A DNA stretch of 60,990 bases, the filler included, from Sandaracinaceae bacterium (GTDB lineage: Bacteria > Myxococcota_A > Polyangia > Polyangiales > JADJQN01): NCBI GenBank assembly GCA_947483975.1. It is 6 parts of 6 records of this genome, joined end to end, with 100 filler letters (N's around TTAATTAATTAA, not from the genome) between each part and the next. Parts side by side here need not be neighbours in the genome. Positions count along the whole stretch, not along the records: positions 50,992 to 60,990 come from CANKOL010000185.1; 5 more parts are not named here. One strand, written 5' to 3'. Below, piece by piece: positions 56,673 through 60,990 of the stretch. Below the pieces are notes generated by a model. It searched no databases. It saw only the letters and a list, made by a program, of their open reading frames with translations, and was not told where the DNA came from. A program made the translations under genes and the position numbers. The stretch's first letter is position 1; each line of letters starts with the position of its first letter.

Positions 56673-58436
56673 GTGACCGCCTTCGCTTCGCGGACGTGCC
56701 CCCTCCGGTACGTCGCGGCCGCTCGATCCCTCGCCGTGCTCGCCGCCTTCGTCCTGTCGCTCGCCGCGGCGGGCCAAGCGCGCGCGCAGGAGCTGCGCTC
56801 GATCGACCCGCAGCTCTTCCTGATGCCGACGGCGGGCGGGACGACCTTCACCATCGACCGCCCCTCGGTGCCGCGGCACCTGACGTTCGTCTTCGGGCTC
56901 GGCGCGCAGTACGCGCACGCGCCGTTCGTCCGGGCGAACGCCGACGGCTCGGCCACGAACGTCGTCGCGGGGCTCGCGCAGGCGGACCTGATGGTCGCCG
57001 CGGGCTTCTTCGAGCTGATCGAGCTGGGCCTCGCGGTGCCCGTCGTGCTCGGCGACGTCGCCGACGACGCGACCGCCGACTCGCCCAAGGACGCCTGGCA
57101 CTTCGCCCCGGGCGACCTGCGCCTCTCGGCGAAGTTCCCGATCCTGCGCGGTGACTTCTCCCTCGCGGTGCGCGGCGTCTTCACGCTGCCGACGGGCGAC
57201 GAGCACAACTTCCTCGGCTCGCGCAGCTGGACGATGTGGCCCGAGGCCGTCGCCGCCTACGCGATGGGCAAGCTCACGCTCGCCGGGGACCTCGGCTATC
57301 GGCTGCGGCAGCGCGCGGCGCTCGGCGACTTCGAGCAGGACGACGAGATCCACGCAGGCGTCGGCGCGACGTACGCGCTCACGGAGAGCCTCGCGGCCAT
57401 CGCCGAGACGCAGCTGCGCGTCGGGCTCGGCGGGCGCTGGCTCCACTCCAACGAGAACCCGATGGAGGTCGACGTCGGCGTCCGCTGGCGCACGGGCGGC
57501 TGGAGCCTCGAGGGCGGCCTCGGCACCGGCGTGCTCGCGGGCTACGGCTCGCCGGCCGTGCGCGCGTTCACCGCGCTCCGCTACCAGACCGAGCGCTCGC
57601 CCTGCGCGGCGGGCCCGGAGGACTTCGACGGCTTCGACGACGGCGACTTCTGCGCTGACCCGGACAACGATCAGGACCGCGTGCTCGACGAGGTCGACGA
57701 GTGCCCGAACGACGCCGAGGACCGCGACGGCTTCCTCGACGAGGACGGCTGCCCCGACACCGACAACGACGCCGACGGCGTCGTCGACGCGCGCGACCGC
57801 TGCCCGCTCGAGGGCGAGGATCGCGACGGCTTCCAGGACGAGGACGGCTGCCCCGACACCGACAACGACGAGGACGGCGTCGTCGACGGGGCCGACGACT
57901 GCCCGATGGAGCCTGAGGACCTCGACCACTTCCAGGACGACGACGGCTGCCCGGAGCCCGGTCCGAGCGCGGCGACGATCACCGTCACCGACACGCGCAT
58001 CCTGATCTCCGAGCGCATCTACTTCGACTTCGACCTCGACACGATCCGCGCGGTCTCGATGCCGCTGCTCGATCAGGTCGCCGGCGTGATGGCCGACATC
58101 CCCGCGGGGCGGCGCGTGCGCGTCGAGGGCTACTCCGACAACCAGGGGCAAGAGCGCTACAACGTCGACCTCTCGTACCGGCGCGCGCGCGCCGTCGTCG
58201 AGTACCTCGCGAGCAAGGGCGTCCCGCGCGACCGCCTCGAGTACGCAGGCTACGGCAGCCGTCAGCCCGTCGCGCCGAACGACACCGCCGACGGCCGCGC
58301 GCTCAACCGCCGCGTCGAATTCACCATCCTCGAGGGTCGCACACCCGCACCCGGCGGCACGACGGCGCCCGCGGGCGGCGGCACCACGACGCGCCGGCAG
58401 CGGCGGCACGAAGCCGCGCAGGGCGGGACGCAGTAG
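56673..58436 (+). CDS. Outer-membrane beta-barrel + thrombospondin type-3 repeats + OmpA domain protein
   Basis: Signal peptide; GDLRL barrel; about 3.5 x 33-aa EDRDGFxDEDGCPDTDND repeats; IYFDFD..VEGYSD..NVDLSYRRA..NRRVEF. Confidence 0.9.
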   Translation: MTAFASRTCPLRYVAAARSLAVLAAFVLSLAAAGQARAQELRSIDPQLFLMPTAGGTTFTIDRPSVPRHLTFVFGLGAQYAHAPFVRANADGSATNVVAGLAQADLMVAAGFFELIELGLAVPVVLGDVADDATADSPKDAWHFAPGDLRLSAKFPILRGDFSLAVRGVFTLPTGDEHNFLGSRSWTMWPEAVAAYAMGKLTLAGDLGYRLRQRAALGDFEQDDEIHAGVGATYALTESLAAIAETQLRVGLGGRWLHSNENPMEVDVGVRWRTGGWSLEGGLGTGVLAGYGSPAVRAFTALRYQTERSPCAAGPEDFDGFDDGDFCADPDNDQDRVLDEVDECPNDAEDRDGFLDEDGCPDTDNDADGVVDARDRCPLEGEDRDGFQDEDGCPDTDNDEDGVVDGADDCPMEPEDLDHFQDDDGCPEPGPSAATITVTDTRILISERIYFDFDLDTIRAVSMPLLDQVAGVMADIPAGRRVRVEGYSDNQGQERYNVDLSYRRARAVVEYLASKGVPRDRLEYAGYGSRQPVAPNDTADGRALNRRVEFTILEGRTPAPGGTTAPAGGGTTTRRQRRHEAAQGGTQ

Positions 58437-58508
58437 GCGCATCGGGCGGGACGCAGTAGGCGCATCGGGCGGGACGCAGTAGGCGCATCGGGCGGCACGC
58501 CGTAGGCG
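58421..58508. repeat. 23-bp x~4 tandem repeat covering the OmpA stop codon
   Basis: GGGCGGGACGCAGTAGGCGCATC at 58421, 58444, 58467, degenerate at 58490. Confidence 0.95.
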
Positions 58509-58548
58509 ACGCAGGGCCGTCTCGAGCGGCCCGGCGAGGAGACGGGGC

Positions 58549-59412
58549 TCAGTTCCCGACGACGTCGCGGAGGGCGTCGGAGGGGGCCGTGCGGCGCTGG
58601 AACGGCGAGCCGATTACGCCCGGATCCTCCGGGAAGTGCGAGCGCAGCGGCACGAGCGTCAGGCTCAGCAGCAGCAGCGCCGCGAAGCCGACGACGAGCG
58701 CGCGCAGGGCCCGCCCGCGCACGCCCTCGGCCGTCGGCGGGCGGGACACCAGCGCGCCGACGACGAAGCCCATCGCGAAGCCGCCGCCGTGCGCCCAGCC
58801 GGAGATCTGCGGGATGGCCATCGAGAGGACGGCGTTGAGCAGCACGAACTGCACGAGCTGCCCGCGCATCGAGCGCAGGAAGTCCGGCGGGACGTTCTTG
58901 CGCTGCATCAGCAGGTAGCCGCCGAGCGCGCCAAACACGCCGAAGACCGCGCCCGACGCCCCGACGAGCGGCCCCACGTGCCCGAAGGCGACCGCCGTGA
59001 CCGCGCCCGCGAGGCCGCTGACCAGGTAGACGACGAGGTACGAGACGTTGCCGAACATCCGCTCGGTCAGCCGCCCGCCGAGCCAGAGCACGTACATATT
59101 CGAGCCGATGTGAAACAGCCCCGCGTGCAGGAACATCGACGTCAGCAGGCGCCACGGCTCGCCGTGCACGACCTTGGGGCCGTAGGCGGCTCCCCAGCGC
59201 AGCAGGTCCATGCCATCCGGCGCCATCGGCGAGACGCCGAAGCCGACGACCTGCACCGCGAAGACGGCGATGTTCGCGATGACGAGCGCGAGCGTCACCC
59301 AGAGCTGAGGCGTCGCGACGTACAGCGCGCGGCCGAAATTTTGGATGTCGATGGGCGCGTCGCCCGGCGGCGAGAGGCGCGTCACGGGCGGCGGGCGTGT
59401 CGGATCAGTCAC
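58549..59412 (-). CDS. Rhomboid intramembrane serine protease
   Basis: WRLLTSMFLH..H..N, GASG catalytic Ser, AHGGG catalytic His. Confidence 0.93.
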   Translation of the reverse strand: MTDPTRPPPVTRLSPPGDAPIDIQNFGRALYVATPQLWVTLALVIANIAVFAVQVVGFGVSPMAPDGMDLLRWGAAYGPKVVHGEPWRLLTSMFLHAGLFHIGSNMYVLWLGGRLTERMFGNVSYLVVYLVSGLAGAVTAVAFGHVGPLVGASGAVFGVFGALGGYLLMQRKNVPPDFLRSMRGQLVQFVLLNAVLSMAIPQISGWAHGGGFAMGFVVGALVSRPPTAEGVRGRALRALVVGFAALLLLSLTLVPLRSHFPEDPGVIGSPFQRRTAPSDALRDVVGN

Positions 59413-60158
59413 TCGTCGGGGTCCTCGACCTTCCAGGCTCCGCCTTCGCGGAGCAGGCGCGCCGTGCGCCGATTGCCTTCGCCGTAGCGCAGCGTCGCGT
59501 GATCGCCGATCTCCTCGATCGGCGCCTCGAGCGACGCGCGAAGCTCGGTCAAGAGGCGCGCGACCTCCTCGCGCCCCTCGCCCGCGAACGACGCGCGCAT
59601 CCGCTCGGCGGTCATGCCCTCGCGGTCCGCCTCCGGCACGAAGCGCAGCACGACGTCGTAGCGCTCGCGCTCCATCGCGCGGACGAACGAGCGGAGCGCG
59701 GCGCGCGGCGTCGAGGCGTCGTAGAAGTCGACGAGGTTGGTCGCGATGCGCCAGTCGGCGCCGTCCCGCGTCAGCTCCACGGTGTCGCCGTCCGAGAGCG
59801 TGACGCGCGCGACCTGAGCCGCCGCGCCGTCGGGGTGCTCGAGCGAGGACGCCGCCTCGCGCGCCTCTGCGGGGCTGTCGGCGAGGTGCTGCCGGAACTC
59901 CTCGAGCGACACCCGGCGGCGGTAGGCGCTCGACATCAGCGCGTACGCGGCGTCGGCGTTGCCCGCGCGCAGGGCGGCGGCGAAGTCGTGCACGACGAGC
60001 TCAGGCGCGCGCTCCTGGGTCGCGCCGCCGCAGCCCGCGAGGGCCGAGGTGCACGCCGCGATCGCACACGCCGCGATCGCGTGCGCGGCGTTCAGGCGGC
60101 GCAAGGCGCGCCGCGGGCGCCGACTGGGGGCGCGCGAAGCTACGTAGAAAGTGCCCAT
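59409..60158 (-). CDS. Lipoprotein with two NTF2-like/DUF4878-like modules
   Basis: Lipobox LAGC; duplicated P..(V/L)..F..A....D.. helix and ..R.G..W(R/K)(I/V) end; GTGA overlap with rhomboid. Confidence 0.65.
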   Translation of the reverse strand: MGTFYVASRAPSRRPRRALRRLNAAHAIAACAIAACTSALAGCGGATQERAPELVVHDFAAALRAGNADAAYALMSSAYRRRVSLEEFRQHLADSPAEAREAASSLEHPDGAAAQVARVTLSDGDTVELTRDGADWRIATNLVDFYDASTPRAALRSFVRAMERERYDVVLRFVPEADREGMTAERMRASFAGEGREEVARLLTELRASLEAPIEEIGDHATLRYGEGNRRTARLLREGGAWKVEDPDE

Positions 60159-60261
60159 GAGGACTCGGTTTCTAGCAGAAAGCGCCGCGCGGGGGGCGCT
60201 CGGCGGGGCGGACCGAGAAAACGCCCCGGTGAGCGCGTCCGACTTGCTAGGATGGGAGGCC

Positions 60262-60990
60262 GTGAACGACCCGAAGGGACTCACTCCTCCCGGGCTCGAC
60301 GCCCGGCTGCTGCGCTTTCGTTCTAGAGCCGGCGGCGAAGCGCTCGAGCCCCTCGCCCGGGACCTCCTCGCCGCGGCGCGTCCGCTCGAGGCGCTCGAGG
60401 TCGTCGCCGTCGCCCTGCGCACGGCGCCCGACGACTGGCGCCTGCTGCTGATCGAGGGCCAAGCGTGGCTCGCCGACGGGCAGCTCGACCGCGCGCAGGC
60501 GGCGCTCGTCGCGGCGGCCAAGGGCGCGCCCAAGGACAAGCAGATCTTCCGCGCGCTCGGCGAGGTGCTGCTCAAGCGCGGCGACCCGACGCGCGCCGCG
60601 AAGGTGCTGGAGCGCGCCGCAGCGCTCGACCCGACCGACCTCGCCGTCAAGCTGCTCGCCGAGCGCGCGGCGCGCCTCGCGCGCGTCGCCGCGGACACCG
60701 GCGTCGAGGAGATGCCGTCCCTGCCGCCGCCGAAGCCGCCCGCGGCAGCCGACCACGCGGACGTCGATCACGCGGACGTCGAGGACGACGTCGACGACGA
60801 CGAGCGCTTCGAGGACCGCACGTCCATCGTCGACGCCTCGCAGCTTCGCGCGGCGCTCGATCACGAGGCGAAGCTGGCGCGCGAAGAGCACGCGGCGAAG
60901 ACGCCGGTGCGCCCATGGCCGTCGCTGCCGCCGGTGGTGGCGGGGGCGGCGCCTGCGGCTGTGACGGTGGTGACTGCGGCGTCCGCGTCG
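60262..60990 (+). CDS. Tetratricopeptide-repeat protein, 3'-truncated (not in supplied ORF track)
   Basis: GGAGG RBS + GTG; TPR-like EGQAWLADGQLDRAQAAL and LGEVLLKRGDPTRAAKVLERAAALDP; acidic/Pro-rich linker. Confidence 0.75.
   Translation, partial: MNDPKGLTPPGLDARLLRFRSRAGGEALEPLARDLLAAARPLEALEVVAVALRTAPDDWRLLLIEGQAWLADGQLDRAQAALVAAAKGAPKDKQIFRALGEVLLKRGDPTRAAKVLERAAALDPTDLAVKLLAERAARLARVAADTGVEEMPSLPPPKPPAAADHADVDHADVEDDVDDDERFEDRTSIVDASQLRAALDHEAKLAREEHAAKTPVRPWPSLPPVVAGAAPAAVTVVTAASAS

Noticed and set aside
57618..57960. 99-bp periodic repeat
   Set aside because: Explained by thrombospondin type-3 Ca-binding repeats in the OmpA protein
56673..58436. TraB of the TraA/TraB outer-membrane-exchange system
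   Set aside because: Architecture fits, but there is no adjacent traA and myxobacteria carry many TSP3-OmpA paralogues
58421..58508. 23-bp repeat array resembling a CRISPR
   Set aside because: Head-to-tail copies with no unique spacers and no cas genes

Overview
Very GC-rich DNA with a clearly myxobacterial (Polyangiales/Sandaracinaceae-like) gene complement: Cys-rich lipoproteins, a RomX-like protein, a TSP3-OmpA protein, a Ser/Thr kinase and hybrid histidine kinases. The window is not contiguous. It is six ~10 kb contigs of decreasing length joined by artificial 100-bp N44-TTAATTAATTAA-N44 linkers, so synteny is meaningful only within a contig. About 50 CDSs were called; no rRNA, tRNA, CRISPR or transposase was recognised. 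Contig 1: M1 peptidase, sulfurtransferase, MacAB-like exporter, old yellow enzyme, NAGPA-like protein, quinone oxidoreductase, Cys-rich lipoprotein. Contig 2: two paralogous 4-module lipoproteins, a GH113-like hydrolase and ftsEX, then a divergent PAS hybrid kinase and a NuoE-like protein. Contig 3: SWIM-SNF2 helicase, two Cys-rich lipoproteins, GH25 muramidase. Contig 4: two PaaI thioesterases, a desaturase with a permuted NlpC/P60 enzyme, a nucleoid-protein candidate, a TonB-dependent receptor with a FEA1-like lipoprotein, and DctP. Contig 5: HEAT-cNMP protein, PPK2 (pap), BrnT/A, serA, AidB-like acyl-CoA dehydrogenase, Ser/Thr kinase, YchJ, PLP enzyme. Contig 6: DUF1015, romX-like, rluD, hybrid kinase, DUF72, TSP3-OmpA, rhomboid, lipoprotein, TPR protein. 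Best leads: (1) the TonB receptor coupled to a phytotransferrin/FEA1-like lipoprotein; (2) the twin multi-module lipoprotein + GH113 operon ahead of ftsEX; (3) recurring tandem duplications centred on stop codons; (4) an H-NS/H1-like nucleoid protein; (5) a desaturase-YiiX-thioesterase lipid module. All family calls come from reading motifs by eye; no searches were run.
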